From the NCBI GenBank assembly GCA_963668315.1, contig OY764216.1, positions 128,001 to 192,000 on the forward strand: a stretch of 64,000 bases of DNA, written 5' to 3'. The stretch comes from Spirochaetia bacterium. Its GTDB lineage: Bacteria > Spirochaetota > Spirochaetia > DSM-2461. The notes beneath the pieces are model-generated. The model was not told the DNA's origin and ran no database searches. It saw nothing but the letters and a program-made list of their open reading frames with translations. Shown one piece after another: positions 51,032-60,932 of the stretch. Positions within the stretch are counted from its first letter, which is position 1. Each line of letters begins with the position of its first letter. The position numbers and the translations under genes are program-made.

Positions 51032-53428
51032 ATGAAGGGAAAAGCAGTTGTTCTCCTATTCCTTCTATCCGGTTTTCTATTCTGTCAGGATCCGGAACCT
51101 CTCATTTTCGGAATAGTGCCCACGTCCCCGCCTGTCATGTATCTGGACGAAAAGGGAAATCCCTCAGGATTCGCCGTGGAACTATTCATCCAAGCCATGA
51201 AAACGCTGCATATTTCCTATGAGTTTCGCGTTCTCAATTTTGAAGAGATGTACAGGGGGCTTCTGTCGAGAGAGGTCGACTTCTTCCCCGCCCTGCTCTA
51301 CTCAGAGGAGAGGGCCGAAGCGCTTTATTATGCCCCCGACCCTGTCGGGACATCCTGGGGCGCCCTTTTTGTCAATGAGAAAAGCACCTTCAAGGATATA
51401 TACGACATCAGGCATCAGCTTATCGGGATAGTCAGTGGAGACAGAAACGGCAGTAATTTCGAGGATTTTATTAAGGATATGGATATTCCCTGCCGCCTGC
51501 AGGAGTATGAGAATTACAACGACCTCTTCGAAGCTGTCAGAGAAGAGAAAATCTTCGGAGGAATCAGCAGTAATCACCACCAGAGGAATGTGAAGGGGAT
51601 TAAGCAGACAAGCATCGTCTTCAGACCGGAACCGGTTTACTGCGTCACGGGAATAGACAATCCCAACCGGGAAGCGGTGGAAAGAATCGCCGCCTACGTA
51701 CAGCAGCTGAAATCGGAACCCGATTCCCTTTATTACCGTCTTGAGGAGAAGTGGTACTACCCGGCTACCGACCGCCTGTCCAAACGGCTGAAGCTGTATC
51801 TGTTGGCGGCCCTAATCGCGGTCTTTCTCTTTATCATTCATATTTTCGCCAAAAATTTCTATTTGAGCAGAGAAGTCCAGCGCCAATTGGAAGAGAGGGA
51901 GAAAGAAGAGGATAAGAGGCTGAAAGTAGAGTTGAAGAATGACTTTCTCTCCTCCATCAGCCATGAACTCCGAACCCCCATGAATATTATCACCAGCCTG
52001 GCCTACCTGCTCTCGCAGACAAACCTGGATGCGAACCAGAGGGAAAAGATAGAACAGATCAATAATGCCTCCCATCTTCTTCTGGACATTATCAATAATT
52101 TTCTGGATTTCAACCGCCTGGAAAAGGGCAAGGTGGAACTGGAGGAAAGGACCTTTTCCCTTAAGGAGGAACTGAACGGTCTTCTCACTCTCTTCACCGA
52201 AGAAATTAAGAAAAAGGGCCTCTGCTTTGAGATCCACATGGGAGAAGGGATTCCCCCCTACCTGAGGGGAGACCCGTACAGGCTGAGTCAGATCATAACC
52301 AATCTAATGAACAACGCAATCAAATTCTCCAGCCGGGGAACGATTGTGTTCTCAGCGGATCTCAAGGGCGTAAGCGGGGCTATGAATCTTATCGAATTTT
52401 CCATCAAAGACGACGGCATAGGGATAGAACCGGACAAACAGAAGAAGCTGTTCACTCCCTTTTCCCAGGCGGACAGCAGCATTACCCGGCAGTTCGGCGG
52501 CAGCGGTCTGGGACTGGCCATCTGTTCCGAGCTCATTCGCCTTATGGGGGGCACGGTGATGGTCAGGAGTCTGCCGGGAGAAGGGACAATCATCTCCTTC
52601 ATCATTCCCTTTGCTCCCGCCGATGAAGAGAGTTACGAGCCGAGGAGCCCGGACAAGCGGCTAGACCGATTCCAGGGGGCCAGACTGCTCTACGCCGAGG
52701 ATAACCGGATAAACAGGGATATAGGCAAGGAGTTGTTCCGCATGGCCGGACTGCAGATCGAAACCGTTGAAAACGGGCAGCTTGCCCTGGAGAGGACGGA
52801 CAGAAACAGATACGATCTCATATTAATGGATATCCAGATGCCTGTCATGGACGGGCTGACAGCCACGGGGCTTATCAGGGAACGGGAGAGAAGGGAAAAA
52901 CGGAAACCCATTCCCATCGTGGCCCTTTCGGCCCATTTTCTCGATGAGGACATCAGAAAAGCCCGGGAAGCCGGAATGGACGACTACCTGACAAAACCCA
53001 TTTCCCTGGACGATCTGAACAATCTTTTTCACAAATGGCTTGAGCCTTTCTGCCTGAAAACCAGAAAAGTGTCCCTGCCGGAGAAGTATCAATACCCTCC
53101 TATCCCCGGAATCGATATGGATGAGGTACTGGAGAGGTTCGACGGGAATTACGAACTTATTCTGGACAGCCTGGGCAGTTTCATAAACGACTATGCCCTG
53201 ACGCCCGCGCAGCTTCTCTCCCTGGCCGGGGAGGCGGACAGGGAGAAGCTGTCCCGCCTTATCCATACCCTCAAAGGCGTGCTGGGCAGTCTGGGAGCGG
53301 CATCCCTCTTCGAGGAGGTCTGCCTGCTGGAAGAAGACCTTAAGAATAACCGGAAAATTCCCGATAGAGTAGAAGGGTTTTCCCATAATCTGGAAGAGTT
53401 CATAAGCAGGCTGGAGGGCAATCTGTGA
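51032..53428 (+). CDS. Hybrid sensor histidine kinase (PBPb, TM, HisKA, HATPase, receiver, Hpt)
   Basis: SHELRTPMN, NLMNNAIKF, GGSGLGL, YAEDN..LMDIQMPVMDG, IHTLKG. Confidence 0.92.
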   Translation: MKGKAVVLLFLLSGFLFCQDPEPLIFGIVPTSPPVMYLDEKGNPSGFAVELFIQAMKTLHISYEFRVLNFEEMYRGLLSREVDFFPALLYSEERAEALYYAPDPVGTSWGALFVNEKSTFKDIYDIRHQLIGIVSGDRNGSNFEDFIKDMDIPCRLQEYENYNDLFEAVREEKIFGGISSNHHQRNVKGIKQTSIVFRPEPVYCVTGIDNPNREAVERIAAYVQQLKSEPDSLYYRLEEKWYYPATDRLSKRLKLYLLAALIAVFLFIIHIFAKNFYLSREVQRQLEEREKEEDKRLKVELKNDFLSSISHELRTPMNIITSLAYLLSQTNLDANQREKIEQINNASHLLLDIINNFLDFNRLEKGKVELEERTFSLKEELNGLLTLFTEEIKKKGLCFEIHMGEGIPPYLRGDPYRLSQIITNLMNNAIKFSSRGTIVFSADLKGVSGAMNLIEFSIKDDGIGIEPDKQKKLFTPFSQADSSITRQFGGSGLGLAICSELIRLMGGTVMVRSLPGEGTIISFIIPFAPADEESYEPRSPDKRLDRFQGARLLYAEDNRINRDIGKELFRMAGLQIETVENGQLALERTDRNRYDLILMDIQMPVMDGLTATGLIRERERREKRKPIPIVALSAHFLDEDIRKAREAGMDDYLTKPISLDDLNNLFHKWLEPFCLKTRKVSLPEKYQYPPIPGIDMDEVLERFDGNYELILDSLGSFINDYALTPAQLLSLAGEADREKLSRLIHTLKGVLGSLGAASLFEEVCLLEEDLKNNRKIPDRVEGFSHNLEEFISRLEGNL

Positions 53429-53877
53429 GTAAAAGCTACCGTGTTTTCACTGCCAGGGAAGAGCTGGATCATCTGGAAGAAGTGTACGGAGATCAGAAAA
53501 ACCGGCTCATGGAAGTGATAAAGGATAATCTTCAGATTCTCCAGACCAGATCACAGACGGTTCTTGGACTCTGCACTATCTGTCTGACCATAACGGGCTT
53601 CTCCGGCCCCCGGATAGCCGAATCGGGGAAGACGGCGGCGGCCAGCGTTGTATCGGGACTGTTTTTCGTGGTCCTGTCCACCCTTTTTATCGTCATCGGA
53701 CCTCTGCGCCTGCAATGGATAACCCGGGTCTGGAAGGACGACTGGCGTGAGACGGCCGTCATGCTTCTGGAGAGACGCAACAGAAGGACCCGCCTCTTTA
53801 CCGTCAGTACAGCCTGCCTCATCATAGGCATGAGCTCTTACATGACGGGGCTGGCCCTCTATCTTTTCTCCTTCTAG
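53425..53877 (+). CDS. Hypothetical 3-TM membrane protein
   Basis: GTGA overlap with the kinase stop codon; three hydrophobic helices. Confidence 0.7.
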   Translation: MSKSYRVFTAREELDHLEEVYGDQKNRLMEVIKDNLQILQTRSQTVLGLCTICLTITGFSGPRIAESGKTAAASVVSGLFFVVLSTLFIVIGPLRLQWITRVWKDDWRETAVMLLERRNRRTRLFTVSTACLIIGMSSYMTGLALYLFSF

Positions 53878-53895
53878 CTCAGGTATACTGTTCCC

Positions 53896-54825
53896 ATGAA
53901 AAACATCGAATCTGTTCTGATAGTCGGAGCGGGGGCTCTGGGTCTTTTGTATATGCCGCCCCTTCATAACGTACTGGGAGACCGGTGCCGTTTCCTGGCG
54001 GGCGATGACCGTTACGAATCCCTTCGGGACAGGGAATTCCTGATCAACGGCGAGAAAGCCCGCTTCCCCGTGACCCGAGCCGGAGACCTGACCGAAAAGG
54101 CGGATCTTCTGCTGATCGCGGTGAAGAATCACCATCTGGAAGCCATCGCCCCCCTTATAGAGAAAGCGGCCGGACCGGAAACAGTTATCGTTTCGGTGCT
54201 GAACGGCATAGACAGCGAGGACTTTCTCTCTGCCCGCTGCCCCGATTCCACCGTTTTGCCCTGTGCCGTTCTGGGAATGGATGCGGTCAAGGAGGGAGAT
54301 TCCCTCAGCTTTACCACCTGGGGCAAATTCATGGTAAGCACAAGGGACAACAACCGGGAAGCGCCCGAACTGAAAGCCTTTACCGGCCTGCTGACAAAAG
54401 CTGGACTTGCCTACGTGATTCCCGAAGATATCCAGAGGGAACTCTGGTACAAATGGATGATAAACATAGGGATCAACCAGACTTCCGCCGTCACGGGAGC
54501 CGACTACGGCGAGTTCCAGAAGGAACGCGAGGTTTACGACCTTATGAGAGAAGCCATGAAAGAGACCATCGCCGTGGCCCGGAAAGCCGGTGTGGATCTG
54601 CGGGAAGAGGATCTGGAATCCTGGCGGAAGGTTCTCCATACGCTGGGAATAAAAGGGAAAACCTCCATGCTCCAGGACATGGAAGCGGGCCGGCCCACCG
54701 AAGTGGACTGTTTCGCCGGTAAGCTGGTCGCCCTGGCCGAAGAGCTGGGCGTGGCCGCTCCCGTGAACAGGACTCTCTACCGCATCATCAAAACCCGGGA
54801 CTATTTACGAGAATCGGTCGACTAA
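53896..54825 (+). CDS. panE: Ketopantoate reductase (PanE/ApbA family)
   Basis: IVGAGALG, AVK, LNGI, WYK..IN...N, TSMLQD...GR.TE. Confidence 0.85.
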   Translation: MKNIESVLIVGAGALGLLYMPPLHNVLGDRCRFLAGDDRYESLRDREFLINGEKARFPVTRAGDLTEKADLLLIAVKNHHLEAIAPLIEKAAGPETVIVSVLNGIDSEDFLSARCPDSTVLPCAVLGMDAVKEGDSLSFTTWGKFMVSTRDNNREAPELKAFTGLLTKAGLAYVIPEDIQRELWYKWMINIGINQTSAVTGADYGEFQKEREVYDLMREAMKETIAVARKAGVDLREEDLESWRKVLHTLGIKGKTSMLQDMEAGRPTEVDCFAGKLVALAEELGVAAPVNRTLYRIIKTRDYLRESVD

Positions 54826-55290
54826 GAGCTGGATCTTCTCCTCAAGGGGCTTATCTATATCGAGGATGAGCCCGTATTCCGGCTCTTCCAGATCGGCGAA
54901 CTGACTCTTGAGCATATCCGCCTTGAAGTAGTGGTTCTTACGGGATGCCATACGGGCGTGGATCGTTTCATATGTGCCCCTGAGGTAAACCCATTTCACC
55001 GGTTCGGAAAGCCCCTCCCCCAGAAAGCGGCGGTATGACTCCTTGAGGGCGGAACAGGTGAATACGGCCGATTCGCCGGTTCGCTGAAACTCGCCGATCC
55101 TTTCGCGGATGGCCGCCAGCCAGGGCCACCGGTCATCGTCATTGAGGGGATGGCCGCTGCTCATCTTCTGAATATTCGCTTCGGGATGAAAACTGTCCGC
55201 TTCCAGATAGGGCCATCCCAGCTTTTCCGCCGATTTTTCTCCCAATGTGGTTTTTCCGCATCCGCTGACACCCATAATGATAACAATCAT
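54805..55290 (-). CDS. gntK: Gluconokinase
   Basis: MGVSGCGKT, ADSFHP..N..KM..G.PLNDDDRWPWL, CSALK..YR, SQF..LEEP. Confidence 0.9.
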   Translation of the reverse strand: MIVIIMGVSGCGKTTLGEKSAEKLGWPYLEADSFHPEANIQKMSSGHPLNDDDRWPWLAAIRERIGEFQRTGESAVFTCSALKESYRRFLGEGLSEPVKWVYLRGTYETIHARMASRKNHYFKADMLKSQFADLEEPEYGLILDIDKPLEEKIQLLVDRFS

Positions 55291-55359
55291 AACGTCATAC
55301 CTCTTTTGACAGACTAATACAGCTTTCCCCAGCTGTCAAATATATACTATAATCCCCCC

Positions 55360-56868
55360 GTGATCCTTTTTAATCCGCCCTCCGTCAGAAACTGCGAACC
55401 TCCCGTCGGCCTGAGCCGCCTTGCCGGCGCTCTCCTGGAAGCGGGAGAACCGGTTACCCTGATAGACGGAGCCCGGGAAGCCCCGGAATACCTGGCCGCG
55501 GCGGCGCAGAGCTCCCGGGATGCTCAGATAAAACGGGTCGTCAAATCCCGGGACAGAATACTCCATCTTCTCACGACCGAAGAGGGGTACCGTTCCTTCG
55601 ACCGTTACCGAAAAGCCCTTTCCGACTATCTCCGCCTCCTGAATGCGCCCCTGCCTCCGGGAATCCAGCTCACCCCGTCGGACTGCCGCTATGAGGGCTT
55701 CTCCCCCTTAAGAAGCAGCGATATCCTCCGGGTCATGGACCGCCCGGAGGAGCACTTCCTCTTTCCCTGGTTTTCCCGACGGCTGGACGGCCTGCTCTCG
55801 GGCAAGGAGGACAAACTGGGAATCTCCCTGAACTTCCAGAGTCAGGTTCTGACAACGGCCGCCGTCATCGGCTATCTGCAGCGGGAGCATCGGGACGTCA
55901 GGCTGATCATGGGGGGCGGCCTTGTCACCTCCTGGAGCCGCACTCCCGGGCTGGATGTCCTCCCCTTCACTGGCATCCGCCTCTCTCCCGGGAGGGGGGA
56001 AGAGGAGATCGTCCGGTTCTGCGAAAGGGAATACAAAGGTCCGGGGCTCCCCTTTTTCGGCGATCTCTTTGATCACGCCCATATCGCCCCCGTGCCGATC
56101 CTGCCCTATGCCGCCGCGAACGGCTGCTCCTGGAAGCGCTGTACCTTCTGCGCCGAACGCTGGGAGGACTACCCCTACTGCGAGCTCTCGACGGAGACCT
56201 CCCTGGACCAGATAAGATCTCTCGCCGATCGGCATAACCCCGGCCTGATCCATCTGACAGACAGCGAAATCAGCCCCGCTCTCCTGAGAGGTCTGATCGA
56301 ATCGCCCCCGGGCATCCCCTGGTACGGATTCAGCCGTATTCTCAAGGAAATGGTTAAGCCCGATTACTGCCGCCGCCTGGCCGCTTCGGGCTGCCGGATG
56401 CTCTGTCTGGGACTGGAATCGGGGGACCAGAATGTTCTGAACAGCATGAAGAAGGGCATCAGGACCGATAGGATTTCGGCGGTTCTGAACAACCTCAAGG
56501 ACGCCGGGATAGGCTCTTTTGTGTACCTTCTCTTCGGCACGCCCGCCGAAGAGAGGGACGCCGCCCTCCGGACCCGGGATTTCGTTCTGGGCCACAGGGA
56601 ATGCATCGACTACATGAATCTGGCCGTCTTCACCATGCCCCGGCTCAGCGGGGAGGCGGCAGGTCTGGCCACGTCGGAGTTCTACGAGGGGGACCTCTCC
56701 CTTTCGATCGATTTTACCCATCCGTCCGGATGGAACCGACGGGAAGTCCGCCGTTTTCTGGACCGGGAATTCCGGGGTGTTCCTGAACTCAGGGATATAC
56801 TGAAAAGGACCCCTCCGGTATATACGTCCAGCCATGGGCCGTTTTTTCTCGGAAAAACATTTTTTTGA
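55360..56868 (+). CDS. Cobalamin-binding-domain radical SAM protein
   Basis: N-terminal PP...EPPVGL..L.G.L, LGIS, IMGGG; GCSWKRCTFC CxxxCxxC; LGLESG. Confidence 0.85.
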   Translation: MILFNPPSVRNCEPPVGLSRLAGALLEAGEPVTLIDGAREAPEYLAAAAQSSRDAQIKRVVKSRDRILHLLTTEEGYRSFDRYRKALSDYLRLLNAPLPPGIQLTPSDCRYEGFSPLRSSDILRVMDRPEEHFLFPWFSRRLDGLLSGKEDKLGISLNFQSQVLTTAAVIGYLQREHRDVRLIMGGGLVTSWSRTPGLDVLPFTGIRLSPGRGEEEIVRFCEREYKGPGLPFFGDLFDHAHIAPVPILPYAAANGCSWKRCTFCAERWEDYPYCELSTETSLDQIRSLADRHNPGLIHLTDSEISPALLRGLIESPPGIPWYGFSRILKEMVKPDYCRRLAASGCRMLCLGLESGDQNVLNSMKKGIRTDRISAVLNNLKDAGIGSFVYLLFGTPAEERDAALRTRDFVLGHRECIDYMNLAVFTMPRLSGEAAGLATSEFYEGDLSLSIDFTHPSGWNRREVRRFLDREFRGVPELRDILKRTPPVYTSSHGPFFLGKTFF

Positions 56869-56959
56869 AAAAAATACCTGTTCTTTTTTGTTCTTTGATG
56901 ATAACCTTTGCCATAAAAAATTAAAAAAGTAGAAAAAATCATTTTCAGGAGAGATTTCA

Positions 56960-57355
56960 ATGAAAAAGAAATCAGTTTTATTTGTAGCGGCGCTTCTCGT
57001 TTCGTTTCTGTTATTGGTTAGTTGTGATGATGGTTCGGGTAACTCGGGAAGTTCTCTTTCCGTAGCCCCTCCTTCATGGATAATCGGCACTTGGAGTGGT
57101 ACTTTCATGGGAGTATCGATGACATATGAATTCACAAGTAATGACATAGTTGTGACTGCATACGGATACACCAGCAGTATTTTAACTGGACTATCTTCTC
57201 TAACAGAAGATGTTGTCAGCGATACGGAATACAAAATAACCTGCACCGAGTCCGATCCCGAACCTGATGAAGATGCAACTTCAACGAGTGACTTTGTCAA
57301 AGACAGCAGCACACAATTCACACTTAACGGATTTTTAGTTTTTACAAAACAGTAG
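56960..57355 (+). CDS. Small lipoprotein of unknown function
   Basis: Lipobox LLVS-C, Ser/Gly linker, IIGTW motif; AGGAGA SD; AT-rich. Confidence 0.8.
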   Translation: MKKKSVLFVAALLVSFLLLVSCDDGSGNSGSSLSVAPPSWIIGTWSGTFMGVSMTYEFTSNDIVVTAYGYTSSILTGLSSLTEDVVSDTEYKITCTESDPEPDEDATSTSDFVKDSSTQFTLNGFLVFTKQ

Positions 57356-57367
57356 AATACACAGTAG

Positions 57368-57402
57368 ATGGGGGTCGCCAGGAAAGGCGATTCCCCATTT
57401 TT
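57368..57402 (+). terminator. Intrinsic terminator after the lipoprotein gene
   Basis: ATGGGGGTCGCC-AGGAAA-GGCGATTCCCCAT followed by a T-run. Confidence 0.7.
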
Positions 57403-57441
57403 TACCTGCAGGGCACGGCTTATGAGAGAATCAGATTGAAT

Positions 57442-59379
57442 TCAGCAGAGATTTCCCTTCATGCCGAAAGTATCCACCAGTTTGACCATCGTATCAAGAT
57501 TGCTCATAATGTTCTGAAGACCTTCGGCTCTTTCTGAAATATTGTTCTCAATGACTTTTGAGCTTGCCGCCAGGCGCTCTATTCCCTCATGAATAAGATT
57601 CCCCATTTCCTTCGCATTATACTGGGATGATGAAATCTCGTTACTCCTTCCCCTGAGGATAGCCATATTACTGACAAGTTCGTCGACAGGCTCCTTTGAA
57701 CTCTTCACGCTTGTATCCGTCTTTTCGGAAAGGCTCTTAACCTCCCTTGCAATAATACTGAATCCTCTTCCGGCGTTTCCCGCCCGGGCGGCTTCGATGG
57801 AAGCGTTGAAACTTAACAGACTGATTAGTCCGGAAATATCCTCTATCTCAAGAAAAACTTTTCCGATGTGTTCCGCATTTGATCCGAGATCTTGAAGACC
57901 GCTGCTAATCTCATTTCCAAGCTGACTTGAGCGGTCTATCGTTTCATACAGTGCAGAAAAATTGGCATAGATATCTTTTAAAAGTTTATCGTTCTCGACG
58001 GCTTTGTCCATGGAATCCCTGAATAGACTGCTCACAAGGCTTATGTTTTCTCTGCTGGTTTCCCATACACTATCTTTAATTACCATTATCTTCGTGAGCT
58101 GATTGATGGTGCGATGCAGAAAAAACTCACGAAACGCGGAATATTTCTGAATAAACCCGTCAATATATTCGTCATAAAAACGCGCTCCCTTTTCAACTTT
58201 ATAGAACATGACCGCCGTAAGAGTCTGATTTATATTTACCCCCAGCAGTTCTCCAAAGGTTGAAAATCCAGCGACGGGAAGAGAATCAAAGGTATGGACA
58301 TTTGCTAATTCAGAATCATTTATAAGCCTTCTCAGAATACAGTCATTCAGTATTCCTCCAAGAAGAACCCCCTCTTTATTTTCCTGAAATCTGGCGAAAT
58401 CCTTGTCAAGCGATGAGATGAAGTCGGTATGCTTAACCAGAACAAGCTCGTCGCCGAATGCGACATCACAGTAGAAATGAATCTTCCGGTCAAGATAATC
58501 AATATTGGCTATGGAACGGACATAGATATCATCATTGATAACCAAGGCAAAGCTGTAATGCTCAAGATTTTTTTCAAGAGATTCCTCTTTGCAATGGAAG
58601 TGGCTGCACAACTCCGAGATAATATCGGCGACATGTCCCTCATCACCCTTGAAAACGGAGCTTACGGTCCGCTTACCAGGATCTGCCTGGGCAACGGTAA
58701 AGGAGTGGGAGGTAAGCTCAAAGTTCTGTGATTTGAAGATTCCGGCCCGAATGTTCTCTTTGAGACGGATAATGGTTATGACGGCCTTATTTTGAACAAC
58801 CCGGTTATTATCATAAAGATATGTATTCTGAAAATCCAGCTTGCCTCCCGCCGAACCGCCTATAAAGAGGCAGGGGATCTTCCCGGATTTATAAACGGCT
58901 TCCATGAAGAAATTCTCACTTCTGGAAAGCCCGTCTATAAGCGTGTAGGCAAGGCAGTTCTCATGCGATACAGGAAAGGACAGCCTGATTTTATTCAGCT
59001 CCTGTTCAATTGAGGAGATCTTTTTCTCCGGATCGGCATCGATGTCGTATAGATCAACGGTTTTGATATCGACCCTGTCGATAAGATCTGATGAAAAGCA
59101 TTGAAGAACAATGTTCTGACGATTATCGCCTGACAGATGATAGAGAGGCGCTGCGTCCCGACGGCTGCACAACTCCCCCGCGGTTGTTGTTAATACCAGG
59201 GGGACAGAACCGCATAAGGAGTTTAGTTTCTCAACAGCAGAGGGAAAATCGATATCGGGAGAGATAAATCCCAGCACAAGTTTTGTATTCTCAGGAATAG
59301 GATCATCCGATTTGTTCAAAGACTCCAAATCGTGATAAGTAATATTGATAATATTTATATATTCCTTTCTTAATTCCAC
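57442..59379 (-). CDS. Soluble chemoreceptor: FIST-N/FIST-C domains fused to an MCP signalling domain
   Basis: TTAGEL, DGLS, GGSAG, DCILRR, GFSTFGE, NQT (FIST); LLSFNASIEAARAGNAGRGFSIIAREVKSLS (MCP); no TM segment. Confidence 0.88.
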   Translation of the reverse strand: MELRKEYINIINITYHDLESLNKSDDPIPENTKLVLGFISPDIDFPSAVEKLNSLCGSVPLVLTTTAGELCSRRDAAPLYHLSGDNRQNIVLQCFSSDLIDRVDIKTVDLYDIDADPEKKISSIEQELNKIRLSFPVSHENCLAYTLIDGLSRSENFFMEAVYKSGKIPCLFIGGSAGGKLDFQNTYLYDNNRVVQNKAVITIIRLKENIRAGIFKSQNFELTSHSFTVAQADPGKRTVSSVFKGDEGHVADIISELCSHFHCKEESLEKNLEHYSFALVINDDIYVRSIANIDYLDRKIHFYCDVAFGDELVLVKHTDFISSLDKDFARFQENKEGVLLGGILNDCILRRLINDSELANVHTFDSLPVAGFSTFGELLGVNINQTLTAVMFYKVEKGARFYDEYIDGFIQKYSAFREFFLHRTINQLTKIMVIKDSVWETSRENISLVSSLFRDSMDKAVENDKLLKDIYANFSALYETIDRSSQLGNEISSGLQDLGSNAEHIGKVFLEIEDISGLISLLSFNASIEAARAGNAGRGFSIIAREVKSLSEKTDTSVKSSKEPVDELVSNMAILRGRSNEISSSQYNAKEMGNLIHEGIERLAASSKVIENNISERAEGLQNIMSNLDTMVKLVDTFGMKGNLC

Positions 59380-59442
59380 TTGAATACCTCTTTTACATAG
59401 GGATTACTAAATCTATTTCGTAAATACTGGATTTTTATAAGT

Positions 59443-59470
59443 TTATCGTCAGGGGGGCATGATATCTTTA
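59443..59470 (-). promoter_or_regulatory. Sigma28 (FliA)-type promoter of the FIST chemoreceptor
   Basis: Minus strand TAAA-N16-GACGATAA versus consensus TAAA-N15/16-GCCGATAA. Confidence 0.6.
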
Positions 59471-59658
59471 TCTCTTTTTTGCTCTATATGTGTAACCTAT
59501 GCACATATTGGGTACAATGATTAATTCAGAACCGGTCAGCCATCATCCAGCTGTGCCGGTTCCGGATTTTTCAGAAAAGAGAAGTAATCCGCATCGGAGT
59601 ACGGGCCCTCTCCCGATTCTTCATTGACACCTGCCCGTAACCGTGCTAAAAGAAACAA

Positions 59659-60906
59659 ATGCACACAAAAAAAATCCATCCCCTGTTCGCCACGCTTTTC
59701 TCCCTGAAGGGTACTCCGGCCGTCAGCATTTATACCGAACCCCTCTGGGGCATTCCCTATAACCTTTACGTGACCTATGCCTCCCTGTATATGCTGGCCC
59801 TTGGGCTGAATGAGGGGCAGATAGGCCTCATCGCCTCTTTCGGACTGACCTGCCAGGTTTTCTTCACCTTCATCAGCGGAGCCGTGACGGACAAGCTGGG
59901 CCGCAGGTGGACGACGTTCATTTTCGACAGTATCAGCTGGGGCATCTCCACGTTCATCTGGGCCATCGCTCAGAATGTCTATTTTTTCATCGCCGCCGCC
60001 TTCTTCAACAGTATATTCAAGATTACCCAGAACTCCTGGACCCTTCTCATGACCGAGGACGCCCCCAAAAGCAAGCTGGTCCATATCTTCACCCTGATTC
60101 AGATAGCCCTGCTTCTTTCCGGTTTTTTCGCTCCTCTGGCGGGACTTCTGGTCAACAAAATGACCCTTATTCCGGCGGTGCGTATTCTCTACGCCATAGC
60201 CTGTGTTTCCATGCTGACGAAGTTCGTGCTTCTTCTCGTCTTCAGCCAGGAGACGGAAAGGGGCGTGATCCGCATGGAAGCCACCCGGGGGGTTCCCCTC
60301 TTCAAACTGATAGGCGGCATCAAAGGCAGCTTCGGAAAGTTTATCTCCGCCCCTCAGACGGTGAAGGCCTTCTTTATCCTCCTCTCCGTCTCATCCTATA
60401 CGATCCTGAAGGATACCTTCTGGTCCATTCAGGTGTTCAAGAACCTTCAGTTTTCCGAAAGCAGCATAGCCCTTTTTCCCCTGGTTAAATCCATAACCAT
60501 GCTGACCGTATTCCTGGGGGCCACGCCCTTCTTTCACGGCAGCCGTTTCAAAGCGCCCCTCTCCATGGGTTTCATCGTACTGGCTACGGCCAATGTCCTC
60601 CTGATTCTCTGCCCCGCCCGCAATTTCCCCATTCTGATACTCAGCACCGTTCTGGACGCTCTGGCCCTGGCTTTTATCAAACCCTGGACGGATACCCTTG
60701 TCTACAAAGCGGTGGAGGACGAAGACCGGGCGGGCATCATGGCGGTGATCAATCTGCTGGTGGTGCTTCTTTCCACTCCCTTCGGGTGGCTGGGCGGGCT
60801 GCTCTCGGGACTGAACCCGGCCTATCCCTTCCTGATGGTCATCGTGATAGCCCTGGCCGCTACGATTCTTATTCTTTCTATTCATCGCATCGAAACGGAG
60901 GATTGA
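59659..60906 (+). CDS. MFS transporter
   Basis: About 12 TM segments; motif A G.VTDKLGRR; upstream TTGACA-17-TAAAAG promoter. Confidence 0.88.
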   Translation: MHTKKIHPLFATLFSLKGTPAVSIYTEPLWGIPYNLYVTYASLYMLALGLNEGQIGLIASFGLTCQVFFTFISGAVTDKLGRRWTTFIFDSISWGISTFIWAIAQNVYFFIAAAFFNSIFKITQNSWTLLMTEDAPKSKLVHIFTLIQIALLLSGFFAPLAGLLVNKMTLIPAVRILYAIACVSMLTKFVLLLVFSQETERGVIRMEATRGVPLFKLIGGIKGSFGKFISAPQTVKAFFILLSVSSYTILKDTFWSIQVFKNLQFSESSIALFPLVKSITMLTVFLGATPFFHGSRFKAPLSMGFIVLATANVLLILCPARNFPILILSTVLDALALAFIKPWTDTLVYKAVEDEDRAGIMAVINLLVVLLSTPFGWLGGLLSGLNPAYPFLMVIVIALAATILILSIHRIETED

Positions 60907-60932
60907 TCAGCCCGGAATAATATGTAAAATAT

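Noticed and set aside
55708..57321. 537-aa minus-strand ORF spanning the radical SAM and lipoprotein genes
   Set aside because: Crosses an intergenic region and two supported plus-strand genes; no motif.
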